64,000 nt of DNA, taken from Eutreptiella sp. 'Long Island Sound 2002' (Eukaryota; Protista; Euglenida). The stretch is taken from contig OZ038378.1 in NCBI GenBank assembly GCA_964036045.1, positions 17,546,001-17,610,000 on the forward strand. Direction: 5' to 3'. The notes beneath the pieces were generated by a model that did no database searches, was not told where the DNA came from, and saw nothing but the letters and a program-made list of their open reading frames with translations. This document shows positions 23,409 through 37,100 of this stretch, piece after piece (position 1 is the stretch's first letter; each line of letters opens with the position of its first letter). The translations under genes and the position numbers were made by a program.

Positions 23409-26400
23409 AAAGAGACGTGTCCGTCAAGAGAAGAGATATCACGATCATTTTGTCACTGGTTTTGGGTTGAAGCTGGCTGGTGTGCTCATATGCATGTCAC
23501 ACACGAGCACACAACATGCGTGCCACGAGTGCCACCGGAAACCACCTGCAACCGCCCTTACCCCTTTCAGGCACTCCAATCCAAAGGCACGTTCAGGACT
23601 CCTGTTCCGAGGGCGGAGGGGTGCACCGGACCCCCATTTTACAGAGGGCGGGGCTGGGAAGCGGGGTGTAACGCCTGGCGGCCTGAGTTGAGCGGTGAGC
23701 ACGAGCACAGACCAGGTCACGACCTGGGGGGGGGGGGGATGCGGGAGGGCTGAGACAGACCCAAAGGGCTCGTTGGAGGGTGGGGTTGAGGCCGTACACG
23801 TATGCCGTGAGCAAATCACCAGCTCACCTCGTGGACCCTTGACTGGCTTGTGGACGGGGGAAGAGACTGGCGGGCGACGGATGCCTCCCAGCCTCCCTGT
23901 CGCAAGCGGAGCGTTCACACGTGTGGTGGTGCACTAGTTCCTCACCGTAGAGAGGGCCTCCGTAGGGGGAGGGCTGCGGGGCGCTGCGGGGGAGTGGGAC
24001 GGTGTATCAGAGACGGGTGGTGAGGGATAGCGGGGCGTGACCCGACCAGGCCTGGCCAGGGGTACAATCTCCTGGTGGGAAGAGTCCATGTGCGCAAGGA
24101 GCCAGCCTCCCACGCTCGCCTGGATGCAGGCGGGGTTGTGCCCGAGGGTGTCCAGCTCTGTGGCCCAGTCGCCCAGTGTACGGCTGACAGCATCCAGCCT
24201 GGTCTGGATCAACCCCCCTGCCGTGTCCACCAGGAATGCAGACGAGGAGAAGGGGCCGAACTGTCCGCTGCGAGCACAATCCCTGCATTGAAGGTGCCCA
24301 CAAATGCAGCCTACAACCATGTCCCCCGGGAGGTTGCAGACAGAGCACGCCAGCGTCCAAGGGTGGGGCCGTCAATACAATCCTGATTTCCACGCAAGCC
24401 CCATGAAAGGGCCGAGAGTCACGCTACTTGACCCCGTACCGGTTGCAGGGCCTTGCGTACTGTGCGGTAGATGGGTACCTGGCCCAAGGTCGTAGTCCAG
24501 GGGTCATTGCGGGCTGCAGGTCCTGACCGGGGAGGGTGCACAATTGACAATTAGGGACACCACCCACCCCTGGCGACACAAGAGGGGGACAAGCACCTCG
24601 CTGTATGGGAGGCGGGGATCCCCCGATGGATAAGGTGCACGGTCCATGCACCACTGCTGTCGGTATCTACTGCCATGCGAGCCGCCGGGGCACACATTTG
24701 GTGCGTTTGCGTGATTCACTATTTGGTGTGCACATGCATTGCTCTCGTCACGTACGCAGATGCCACTGGTCCTGCTGGACCAAGACCACATAGACCCGGC
24801 GGTGATGTTGACATGATGTCTGCCTTTGGCAAACCTCCAGCTGCGGACCTGATGGACAGTGCCCGAGGTATGACTGATCCATGCGTTGCCGGGTAGCGAT
24901 GTGTGTGTTCAGGTGCTCTATCTGTGTGTGTGTGTGTGTAAAGAGACGTGTCCGTCAAGAGAAGAGATATCACGATCATTTTGTTACTGGTTTTGGGTTG
25001 AAGCTGGCTGGTGTGCTCATATGCATGTCACACACGAGCACACAACATGCGTGCCACGAGTGCCACCGGAAACCACCTGCAACCGCCTTTACCCCTTTCA
25101 GGCACTCCAATCCAAAGGCACGTTCAGGACTCCTGTTCCGAGGGCGGAGGGGTGCACCGGACCCCCATTTTACAGAGGGCGGGGCTGGGAAGCGGGGTGT
25201 AACGCCTGGCGGCCTGAGTTGAGCGGTGAGCACGAGCACAGACCAGGTCACGACCTGGGGGGGGGGGGGATGCGGGAGGGCTGAGACAGACCCAAAGGGC
25301 TCGTTGGAGGGTGGGGTTGAGGCCGTACATGTATGCCGTGAGCAAATCACCAGCTCACCTCGTGGACCCTTGACTGGCTTGTGGACGGGGGAAGAGACTG
25401 GCGGGCGACGGATGCCTCCCAGCCTCCCTGTCGCAAGCGGAGCCTTCACACGTGTGGTGGTGCACTAGTTCCTCACCGTAGAGAGGGCCTCCGTAGGGGG
25501 AGGGCTGCGGGGCGCTGCGGGGGAGGGGGACGGTGTATCAGGGACGGGTGGTGAGAGATAGCGGGGCGTGACCCGACCAGGCCTGGCCAGGGGTACAATC
25601 TCCGGGTGGGAAGAGTCCATGTGCGCAAGGAGCCAGCCTCCCACGCTCGCCTGGATGCAGGCGGGGTTGTGCCCGAGGGTGTCCAGCTCTGTGGCCCAGT
25701 CGCCCAATGTACGGCTGACAGCATCCAGCCTGGTCTGGATCAACCCCCCTGCCGTGTCCACCAGGAATGCAGACGAGGAGAAGGGGCCGAACTGTCCGCT
25801 GCGAGCACAATCCCTGCATTGAAGGTGCCCACAAATGCAGCCTACAACCATGTCCCCCGGGAGGTTGCAGACAGAGCACGCCAGCGTCCAAGGGTGGGGC
25901 CGTCAATACAATCCTGATTTCCACGCAAGCCCCATGAGAGGGCCGAGAGTCACGCTACTTGACCCCGTACCGGTTGCAGGGCCTTGCGTACTGTGCGGTA
26001 GATGGGTACCTGGCCCAAGGTCGTAGTCCAGGGGTCATTGCGGGCTGCAGGTCCTGACCGGGGAGGGTGCACAATTGACAATTAGGGACACCACCCACCC
26101 CTGGCGACACAAGAGGGGGACAAGCACCTCGCTGTATGGGAGGCGGGGATCCCCCGATGGATAAGGTGCACGGTCCATGCACCACTGCTGTCGGTATCTA
26201 CTGCCATGCGAGCCGCCGGGGCACACATTTGGTGCGTTTGCGTGATTCACTATTTGGTGTGCACATGCATTGCTCTCGTCACATCCGCAGATGCCACTGG
26301 TCCTGCTGGACCAAGACCACATAGACCCACCGATGATGTTGACATGATGTCTGCCTTCGGCAAACCTCCAGCTGCGGACCTGATGGACAGTGCCCGAGGT

Positions 26401-26451
26401 ATGACTGATCCATGCGTTGCCGGGTAGCGATGTGTGTGTTCAGGTGCTCTA

Positions 26452-26504
<53 letters not shown>

Positions 26505-28014
26505 AAAGAGACGTGTCCGTCAAGAGAAGAGATATCACGATCATTTTGTTACTGGTTTTGGGTTGAAGCTGGCTGGTGTGCTCATATGCATGTCACACAC
26601 GAGCACACAACATGCGTGCCACGAGTGCCACCGGAAACCACCTGCAACCGCCCTTACCCCTTTCAGGCACTCCAATCCAAAGGCACGTTCAGGACTCCTG
26701 TTCCGAGGGCGGAGGGGTGCACCGGACCCCCATTGTACAGAGGGCGGGGCTGGGAAGCGGGGTGTAACGCCTGGCGGCCTGAGTTGAGCGGTGAGCACGA
26801 GCACAGACCAGGTCACGACCTGGGGGGGGGGGGTGCGGGAGGGCTGAGACAGACCCAAAGGGCTCGTTGGAGGGTGGGGTTGAGGCCGTACATGTATGCC
26901 GTGAGCAAATCACCAGCTCACCTCGTGGACCCTTGACTGGCTTGTGGACGGGGGAAGAGACTGGCGGGCGACGGATGCCTCCCAGCCTCCCTGTTGCAAG
27001 CGGAGCCTTCACACGTGTGGTGGTGCACTAGTTCCTCACCGTAGAGAGGGCCTCCGTAGGGGGAGGGCTGCGGGGCGCTGCGGGGGAGGGGGACGGTGTA
27101 TCAGAGACGGGTGGTGAGGGATAGCGGGGCGTGACCCGACCAGGCCTGGCCAGGGGTACAATCTCCGGGTGGGAAGAGTCCATGTGCGCAAGGAGCCAGC
27201 CTCCCACGCTCGCCTGGATGCAGGCGGGGTTGTGCCCGAGGGTGTCCAGCTCTGTGGCCCAGTCGCCCAATGTACGGCTGACAGCATCCAGCCTGGTCTG
27301 GATCAACCCCCCTGCCGTGTCCACCAGGAATGCAGACGAGGAGAAGGGGCCGAACTGTCCGCTGCGAGCACAATCCCTGCATTGAAGGTGCCCACAAATG
27401 CAGCCTACAACCATGTCCCCCGGGAGGTTGCAGACAGAGCACGCCAGCGTCCAAGGGTGGGGCCGTCAATACAATCCTGATTTCCACGCAAGCCCCATGA
27501 GAGGGCCGAGAGTCACGCTACTTGACCCCATACCGGTTGCAGGGCCTTGCGTACTGTGCGGTAGATGGGTACCTGGCCCAAGGTTGTAGTCCAGGGGTCA
27601 TTGCGGGCTGCAGGTCCTGACCGGGGAGGGTGCACAATTGACAATTAGGGACACCACCCACCCCTGGCGAAACAAGAGGGGGACAAGCACCTCGCTGCAT
27701 GGGAGGCGGGGATCCCCCGATGGATAAGGTGCACGGTCCATGCACCACTGCTGTCGGTATCTACTGCCATGCGAGCCGCCGGGGCACACATTTGGTGCGT
27801 TTGCGTGATTCACTATTTGGTGTGCACATGCATTGCTCTCGTCACGTACGCAGATGCCACTGGTCCTGCTGGACCAAGACCACATAGACCCGGCGATGAT
27901 GTTGACATGATGTCTGCCTTTGGCAAACCTCCAGCTGCGGACCTGATGGACAGTGCCCGAGGTATGACTGATCCATGCGTTGCCGGGTAGCGATGTGTGT
28001 GTTCAGGTGCTCTA

Positions 28015-28053
<39 letters not shown>

Positions 28054-29565
28054 AAAGAGACGTGTCCGTCAAGAGAAGAGACATCACGATCATTTTGTTA
28101 CTGGTTTTGGGTTGAAGCTGGCTGGTGTGCTCATATGCATGTCACACACGAGCACACAACATGCGTGCCACGAGTGCCACCGGAAACCACCTGCAACCGC
28201 CCTTACCCCTTTCAGGCACTCCAATCCAAAGGCACGTTCAGGACTCCTGTTCCGAGGGCGGAGGGGTGCACCGGACCCCCATTTTACAGAGGGCGGGGCT
28301 GGGAAGCGGGGTGTAACGCCTGGCGGCCTGAGTTGAGCGGTGAGCACGAGCACAGACCAGGTCACGACCTGGGGGGGGGGGGGATGCGGGAGGGCTGAGA
28401 CAGACCCAAAGGGCTCGTTGGAGGGTGGGGTTGAGGCCGTACACGTATGCCGTAAGCAAATCACCAGCTCACCTCGTGGACCCTTGACTGGCTTGTGGAC
28501 GGGGGAAGAGACTGGCGGGCGACGGATGCCTCCCAGCCTCCCTGTTGCAAGCGGAGCCTTCACACGTATGGTGGTGCACTAGTTCCTCACCGTAGAGAGG
28601 GCCTCCGTAGGGGGAGGGCTGCGGGGCGCTGCGGGGGAGGGGGACGGTGTATCAGGGACGGGTGGTGAGAGATAGCGGGGCGTGACCCGACCAGGCCTGG
28701 CCAGGGGTACAATCTCCGGGTGGGAAGAGTCCATGTGCGCAAGGAGCCAGCCTCCCACGCTCGCCTGGATGCAGGCGGGGTTGTGCCCGAGGGTGTCCAG
28801 CTCTGTGGCCCAGTCGCCCAATGTACGGCTGACAGCATCCAGCCTGGTCTGGATCAACCCCCCTGCCGTGTCCACCAGGAATGCAGACGAGGAGAAGGGG
28901 CCGGACTGTCCGCTGCGAGCACAATCCCTGCATTGAAGGTGCCCACAAATGCAGCCTACAACCATGTCCCCCGGGAGGTTGCAGACAGAGCACGCCAGCG
29001 TCCAAGGGTGGGGCCGTCAATACAATCCTGATTTCCACGCAAGCCCCATGAGAGGGCCGAGAGTCACGCTACTTGACCCCGTACCGGTTGCAGGGCCTTG
29101 CGTACTGTGCGGTAGATGGGTACCTGGCCCAAGGTCGTAGTCCAGGGGTCATTGCGGGCTGCAGGTCCTGACCGGGGAGGGTGCACAATTGACAATTAGG
29201 GACACCACCCACCCCTGGCGACACAAGAGGGGGACAAGCACCTCGCTGCATGGGAGGCGGGGATCCCCCGATGGATAAGGTGCACGGTCCATGCACCACT
29301 GCTGTCGGTATCTACTGCCATGCGAGCCGCCGGGGCACACATTTGGTGCGTTTGCGTGATTCACTATTTGGTGTGCACATGCATTGCTCTCGTCACATCC
29401 GCAGATGCCACTGGTCCTGCTGGACCAAGACCACATAGACCCACCGATGATGTTGACATGATGTCTGCCTTCGGCAAACCTCCAGCTGCGGACCTGATGG
29501 ACAGTGCCCGAGGTATGACTGATCCATGCGTTGCCGGGTAGCGATGTGTGTGTTCAGGTGCTCTA

Positions 29566-29600
<35 letters not shown>

Positions 29601-31111
29601 AAAGAGACGTGTCCGTCAAGAGAAGAGATATCACGATCATTTTGTTACTGGTTTTGGGTTGAAGCTGGCTGGTGTGCTCATATGCATGTCACACACGAGC
29701 ACACAACATGCGTGCCACGAGTGCCACCGGAAACCACCTGCAACCGCCCTTACCCCTTTCAGGCACTCCAATCCAAAGGCACGTTCAGGACTCCTGTTCC
29801 GAGGGCGGAGGGGTGCACCGGACCCCCATTTTACAGAGGGCGGGGCTGGGAAGCGGGGTGTAACGCCTGGCGGCCTGAGTTGAGCGGTGAGCACGAGCAC
29901 AGACCAGGTCACGACCTGGGGGGGGGGGGGATGCGGGAGGGCTGAGACAGACCCAAAGGGCTCGTTGGAGGGTGGGGTTGAGGCCGTACACGTATGCCGT
30001 GAGCAAATCACCAGCTCACCTCGTGGACCCTTGACTGGCTTGTGGACGGGGGAAGAGACTGGCGGGCGACGGATGCTTCCCAGCCTCCCTGTCGCAAGCG
30101 GAGCGTTCACACGTGTGGTGGTGCACTAGTTCCTCACCGTAGAGAGGGCCTCCGTAGGGGGAGGGCTGCGGGGCGCTGCGGGGGAGGGGGACGGTGTATC
30201 AGGGACGGGTGGTGAGAGATAGCGGGGCGTGACCCGACCAGGCCTGGCCAGGGGTACAATCTCCGGGTGGGAAGAGTCCATGTGCGCAAGGAGCCAGCCT
30301 CCCACGCTCGCCTGGATGCAGGCGGGGTTGTGCCCGAGGGTGTCCAGCTCTGTGGCCCAGTCGCCCAATGTACGGCTGACAGCATCCAGCCTGGTCTGGA
30401 TCAACCCCCCTGCCGTGTCCACCAGGAATGCAGACGAGGAGAAGGGGCCGAACTGTCCGCTGCGAGCACAATCCCTGCATTGAAGGTGCCCACAAATGCA
30501 GCCTACAACCATGTCCCCCGGGAGGTTGCAGACAGAGCACGCCAGCGTCCAAGGGTGGGGCCGTCAATACAATCCTGATTTCCACGCAAGCCCCATGAGA
30601 GGGCCGAGAGTCACGCTACTTGACCCCGTACCGGTTGCAGGGCCTTGCGTACTGTGCGGTAGATGGGTACCTGGCCCAAGGTTGTAGTCCAGGGGTCATT
30701 GCGCCTGCAGGTCCTGACCGGGGAGGGTGCACAATTGACAATTAGGGACACCACCCACCCCTGGCGAAACAAGAGGGGGGCAAGCACCTTGCTGCATGGG
30801 AGGCGGGGATCCCCCGATGGATAAGGTGCACGGTCCATGCACCACTGCTGTCGGTATCTACTGCCATGCGAGCCGCCGGGGCACACATTTGGTGCGTTTG
30901 CGTGATTCACTATTTGGTGTGCACATGCGTTGCTCTCGTCACGTACGCAGATGCCACTGGTCCTGCTGGACCAAGACCACATAGACCCACCGATGATGTT
31001 GACATGATGTCTGCCTTTGGCAAACCTCCAGCTGCGGACCTGATGGACAGTGCCCGAGGTATGACTGATCCATGCGTTGCCGGGTAGCGATGTGTGTGTT
31101 CAGGTGCTCTA

Positions 31112-31146
<35 letters not shown>

Positions 31147-34100
31147 AAAGAGACGTGTCCGTCAAGAGAAGAGATATCACGATCATTTTGTTACTGGTTT
31201 TGGGTTGAAGCTGGCTGGTGTGCTCATATGCATGTCACACACGAGCACACAACATGCGTGCCACGAGTGCCACCGGAAACCACCTGCAACCGCCCTTACC
31301 CCTTTCAGGCACTCCAATCCAAAGGCACGTTCAGGACTCCTGTTCCGAGGGCGGAGGGGTGCACCGGACCCCCATTTTACAGAGGGCGGGGCTGGGAAGC
31401 GGGGTGTAACGCCTGGCGGCCTGAGTTGAGCGGTGAGCACGAGCACAGACCAGGTCACGACCTGGGGGGGGGGGGGATGCGGGAGGGCTGAGACAGACCC
31501 AAAGGGCTCGTTGGAGGGTGGGGTTGAGGCCGTACATGTATGCCGTGAGCAAATCACCAGCTCACCTCGTGGACCCTTGACTGGCTTGTGGACGGGGGAA
31601 GAGACTGGCGGGCGACGGATGCCTCCCAGCCTCCCTGTCGCAAGCGGAGCCTTTACACGTGTGGTGGTGCACTAGTTCCTCACCGTAGAGAGGGCCTCCG
31701 TAGGGGGAGGGCTGCGGGGCGCTGCGGGGGAGGGGGACGGTGTATCAGGGACGGGTGGTGAGGGATAGCGGGGCGTGACCCGACCAGGCCTGGCCAGGGG
31801 TACAATCTCCGGGTGGGAAGAGTCCATGTGCGCAAGGAGCCAGCCTCCCACGCTCGCCTGGATGCAGGCGGGGTTGTGCCCGAGGGTGTCCAGCTCTGTG
31901 GCCCAGTCGCCCAATGTACGGCTGACAGCATCCAGCCTGGTCTGGATCAACCCCCCTGCCGTGTCCACCAGGAATGCAGACGAGGAGAAGGGGCCGAACT
32001 GTCCGCTGCGAGCACAATCCCTGCATTGAAGGTGCCCACAAATGCAGCCTACAACCATGTCCCCCGGGAGGTTGCAGACAGAGCACGCCAGCGTCCAAGG
32101 GTGGGGCCGTCAATACAATCCTGATTTCCACGCAAGCCCCATGAGAGGGCCGAGAGTCACGCTACTTGACCCCGTACCGGTTGCAGGGCCTTGCGTACTG
32201 TGCGGTAGATGGGTACCTGGCCCAAGGTCGTAGTCCAGGGGTCATTGCGGGCTGCAGGTCCTGACCGGGGAGGGTGCACAATTGACAATTAGGGACACCA
32301 CCCACCCCTGGCGACACAAGAGGGGGACAAGCACCTCGCTGCATGGGAGGCGGGGATCCCCCGATGGATAAGGTGCACGGTCCATGCACCACTGCTGTCG
32401 GTATCTACTGCCATGCGAGCCGCCGGGGCACACATTTGGTGCGTTTGCGTGATTCACTATTTGGTGTGCACATGCATTGCTCTCGTCACGTACGCAGATG
32501 CCACTGGTCCTGCTGGACCAAGACCACATAGACCCACCGATGATGTTGACATGATGTCTGCCTTTGGCAAACCTCCAGCTGCGGACCTGATGGACAGTGC
32601 CCGAGGTATGACTGATCCATGCGTTGCCGGGTAGCGATGTGTGTGTTCAGGTGTTGTGTGCGTGAGTCGATCATGTGTTTGTGACTGTGTGTGTCACATT
32701 GTGTTGGTACCTCTGCTTCCTCCCCCGCATTCCAATGATCCCTCGGCTGCTGCACCTGTTGCACCCTTTTCCTCGCTTGTTCACTGGAAGCAGCGCACAT
32801 CTCATCTTCCTGTGAAGCACCGCCACAGGCCCGATGTCGTGTGGTCTGACCACCACCCTCACGACCCGCTGGGTGGTCTGTGCCAATCTGCAGGGGGATG
32901 TTTTGGGGGGGGGGGGTCACTTTTCTGCAGGCGCTTGTCGCAGGCGACTCCTGGCGCCATCGCGGCGCCGAATCAGTGACAAGAGGGTGGTTTGACACAC
33001 AAAACGGATGTGGACGCCTGAGCTGGATGTCCCGTCTGGCGATGGGCGCTAGGGCGAGTCGGATTGCGGAAACAAGGGACAGGAACCGGGGGCTAATGGA
33101 CATGGCCATCAATCAGCCACTCTGAGGTCTGGAGGCACAGTAGCCGAAAAGAAACGTGTGTGGGATCTCCGTGTTGCGCCCTTCGCACGTTCAGATGGTC
33201 CTCATGACGATGACGCCGGGGACGACCACGATGAGGATTGGATGTCGCGGATGCGCGACAAGAGAATCACGAGTATACCCGACCTGCCTGATGGTGTTGA
33301 TATGATGTCTGCATTCGGGAGGCCTCCTGCTGCGGATTTGATGGATAGCGCTCGAGGTGCGCCAACCATACCACCCTTTGCCTCTACGGCTCATCTAAGA
33401 TTCAGACTCCTGAGAGACTCCACCTGTGTGTGTCAGTGTGTCAGTCTGTGTGTACATGAGAGAGAGAGAGAGAGAGTGAGGGTGTGTGTGAGAGGAATGG
33501 TTGATGCGTGGTGCATCGGGCAATGATACAGATTGTCATGCTAGGGCGTGGTATGGGTTGTAGAATGGACACGGGGTGATGGGTTTTGATCTGCTTTCAT
33601 TGACCAGGATGATGTCCCTGTGCGAGTGCGCTGGGCTTTGCATTTGTGTGTCGGAGTGACTGTGCAGACTTGGTAGCGACGTGGCGTACGGGGTAGGGAT
33701 GCATTTTGGTGCTGTGTGGGCAATCGGACAACGGTGGGGCGTGTACATTGGTGCACGTCAGCAGGCGCTGTAGGATGGGGACTGCGGTTATATGATTGTT
33801 TGATGTTGGACGCCACGTCCACGCTTTGCAGTGCTGTGGAACTGCGCGTGCTGTTCCCTGTGTTGCCCTGGAGCGTGTTGTGTGTGTGTAGCGGCCAGTT
33901 GCACTCATCACGGTCCATGTGCAGTCCCGAAGCAAGGTGCGGATGGTCCATCTGGACCGGGCGCTGGCATGCCGCATGACGACGCCATGATGATGTCTGC
34001 ATTCGGTCGAAATCCTCTTGCGGATCTGATGGACAGTGTTGTAGGTTTGAATGCCGCACGCTGCAGTGTGAACGGTGGTCTGATTTGTTGTGCGATGTCA

Positions 34101-37100
34101 TACGTCTCATGCGAGACGCGTGTGCTTTGTTCACACTGTGCAAGGCCCAAGGGGCAGGGGCACATATACACAGGGCAAGGGCATACGGGGTAATAGCACA
34201 TGCATTTATTTGGTGGGGGCGATCAGCACACGATAGTGAGTGGCGGGCGGCTGTGGATGGGCACAACTGTGCAAGTGGGTGCCATATGTGAGGTTGCCCT
34301 GTGCAGGACTGGTTGATGCAGATGGTTTGTGATATTGCATTGCGGGTCCGGTTCGGCGTAGTTGTAGATTGTGGGTCGCTTTGACAACCTCGTCATTGGT
34401 ATTTCCACGTGGCGTGGTGTGTGTACAGGCCCCAGGCAAGGAGCCAATGGTCCAGGTGGCCTTGGAGCCGGCCGGACTCCGGCAGATGATGCTGACATGA
34501 TGTCTGCGTTTGGCAAACCTCCCAATGCGGATCTGATGGACAGCAATCGCGGTATGACCGGTTCATGCATTGTCGCCTGGTGGCGTGCAGGGGCTTGCGT
34601 GTGTGTGATTGCGGTTTTGCGAGTCATAGCGGAATGAGGAAGCATGGGGAATGGTTGATGCGTGATGCATCGGGCAGTGGTACAGATTGTCATGCTAGGG
34701 CGTGGTATGGGTTGTAGAATGGACACGGGGTGATGGGTTTTGATCTGCTTTCATTGACCAGGATGATGTCCCTGTGCGAGTGCGCTGGGCTTTGCATTTG
34801 TGTGTCGGAGTGACTGTGCAGACTTGGTAGCGACGTGGCGTACGGGGTAGGGATGCATTTTGGTGCTGTGTGGGCAATCGGACAACGGTGGGGCGTGTAC
34901 ATTGGTGCACGTCAGCAGGCGCTGTAGGATGGGGACTGCGGTTATATGATTGTTTGATGTTGGACGCCACGTCCACGCTTTGCAGTGCTGTGGAACTGCG
35001 CGTGCTGTTCCCTGTGTTGCCCTGGAGCGTGTTGTGTGTGTGTAGCGGCCAGTTGCACTCATCACGGTCCATGTGCAGTCCCGAAGCAAGGTGCGGATGG
35101 TCCATCTGGACCGGGCGCTGGCATGCCGCATGACGACGCCATGATGATGTCTGCATTCGGTCGAAATCCTCTTGCGGATCTGATGGACAGTGTTGTAGGT
35201 TTGAATGCCGCACGCTGCAGTGTGAACGGTGGTCTGATTTGTTGTGCGATGTCATACGTCTCATGCGAGACGCGTGTGCTTTGTTCACACTGTGCAAGGC
35301 CCAAGGGGCAGGGGCACATATACACAGGGCAAGGGCATACGGGGTAATAGCACATGCATTTATTTGGTGGGGGCGATCAGCACACGATAGTGAGTGGCGG
35401 GCGGCTGTGGATGGGCACAACTGTGCAAGTGGGTGCCATATGTGAGGTTGCCCTGTGCAGGACTGGTTGATGCAGATGGTTTGTGATATTGCATTGCGGG
35501 TCCGGTTCGGCGTAGTTGTAGATTGTGGGTCGCTTTGACGACCTCGTCATTGGTATTTCCACGTGGCGTGGTGTGTGTACAGGCCCCAGGCAAGGAGCCA
35601 ATGGTCCAGGTGGCCTTGGAGCCGGCCGGACTCCGGCAGATGATGCTGACATGATGTCTGCGTTTGGCAAACCTCCCAATGCGGATCTGATGGACAGCAG
35701 TCGCGGTATGACCGGTTCATGCATTGTCGCCTGGTGGCGTGCAGGGGCTTGCGTGTGTGTGATTGCGGTTTTGCGAGTCATAGCGGAATGAGGAAGCATG
35801 CGGAATGGTTGATGCGTGATGCATCGGGCAGTGGTACAGATTGTCATGCTAGGGCGTGGTATGGGTTGTAGAATGGACACGGGGTGATGGGTTTTGATCT
35901 GCTTTCATTGACCAGGATGATGTCCCTGTGCGAGTGCGCTGGGCTTTGCATTTGTGTGTCGGAGTGACTGTGCAGACTTGGTAGCGACGTGGCGTACGGG
36001 GTAGGGATGCATTTTGGTGCTGTGTGGGCAATCGGACAACGGTGGGGCGTGTACATTGGTGCACGTCAGCAGGCGCTGTAGGATGGGGGCTGCGGTTATA
36101 TGATTGTTTGATGTTGGACGCCACGTCCACGCTTTGCAGTGCTGTGGAACTGCGCGTGCTGTTCCCTGTGGTGCCCTGGAGCGTGTTGTGTGTGTGTAGC
36201 GGCCAGTTGCACTCATCACGGTCCATGTGCAGTCCCGAAGCAAGGTGCGGATGGTCCATCTGGACCGGGCGCTGGCATACCGCATGACGACGCCATGATG
36301 ATGTCTGCATTCGGTCGAAATCCTCGTGCGGATCTGATGGACAGTGTTGTAGGTTTGAATGCCGCACGCTGCAGTGTGAACGGTGGTCTGATTTGTTGTG
36401 CGATGTCATACGTCTCATGCGAGATGCGTGTGCCTTGTTCACACTGTGCAAGGCCCAAGGGGCAGGGGCACATATACACAGGGCAAGGGCATACGGGGTA
36501 ATAGTGCATGCATTTATTTGGTGGGGGCGATCAGCACACGATAGTGAGTGGCGGGCGGCTGTGGATGGGCACAACTGTGCAAGTGGGTGCCATATGTGAG
36601 GTTGCCCTGTGCAGGACTGGTTGATGCAGATGGTTTGTGATATTGCATTGCGGGTCCGGTTCGGCGTAGTTGTAGATTGTGGGTCGCTTTGACAACCTCG
36701 TCATTGGTATTTCCACGTGGCGTGGTGTGTGTACAGGCCCCAGGCAAGGAGCCAATGGTCCAGGTGGCCTTGGAGCCGGCCGGACTCCGGCAGATGATGC
36801 TGACATGATGTCTGCGTTTGGCAAACCTCCCAATGCGGATCTGATGGACAGCAGTCGCGGTATGACCGGTTCATGCATTGTCGCCTGGTGGCGTGCAGGG
36901 GCTTGCGTGTGTGTGATTGCGGTTTTGCGAGTCATAGCGGAATGAGGAAGCATGGGGAATGGTTGATGCGTGATGCATCGGGCAGTGGTACAGATTGTCA
37001 TGCTAGGGCGTGGTATGGGTTGTAGAATGGACACGGGGTGATGGGTTTTGATCTGCTTTCATTGACCAGGATGATGTCCCTGTGCGAGTGCGCTGGGCTT

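Larger units (their letters stand above)
23170..32740 (+). repeat. Tandem array A, block 2 (7 exon-A copies, period 1531-1563 bp, variable (TG)n tract in each intron)
   Basis: Exon starts at 23207, 24760, 26291, 27854, 29405, 30951 and 32498. Confidence 0.95.

Noticed and set aside
17890-32131. Repeated 128-aa minus-strand ORFs in array A introns
   Set aside because: No recognisable domain or coding signature. They may be a LINE remnant, but I could not support that well enough.
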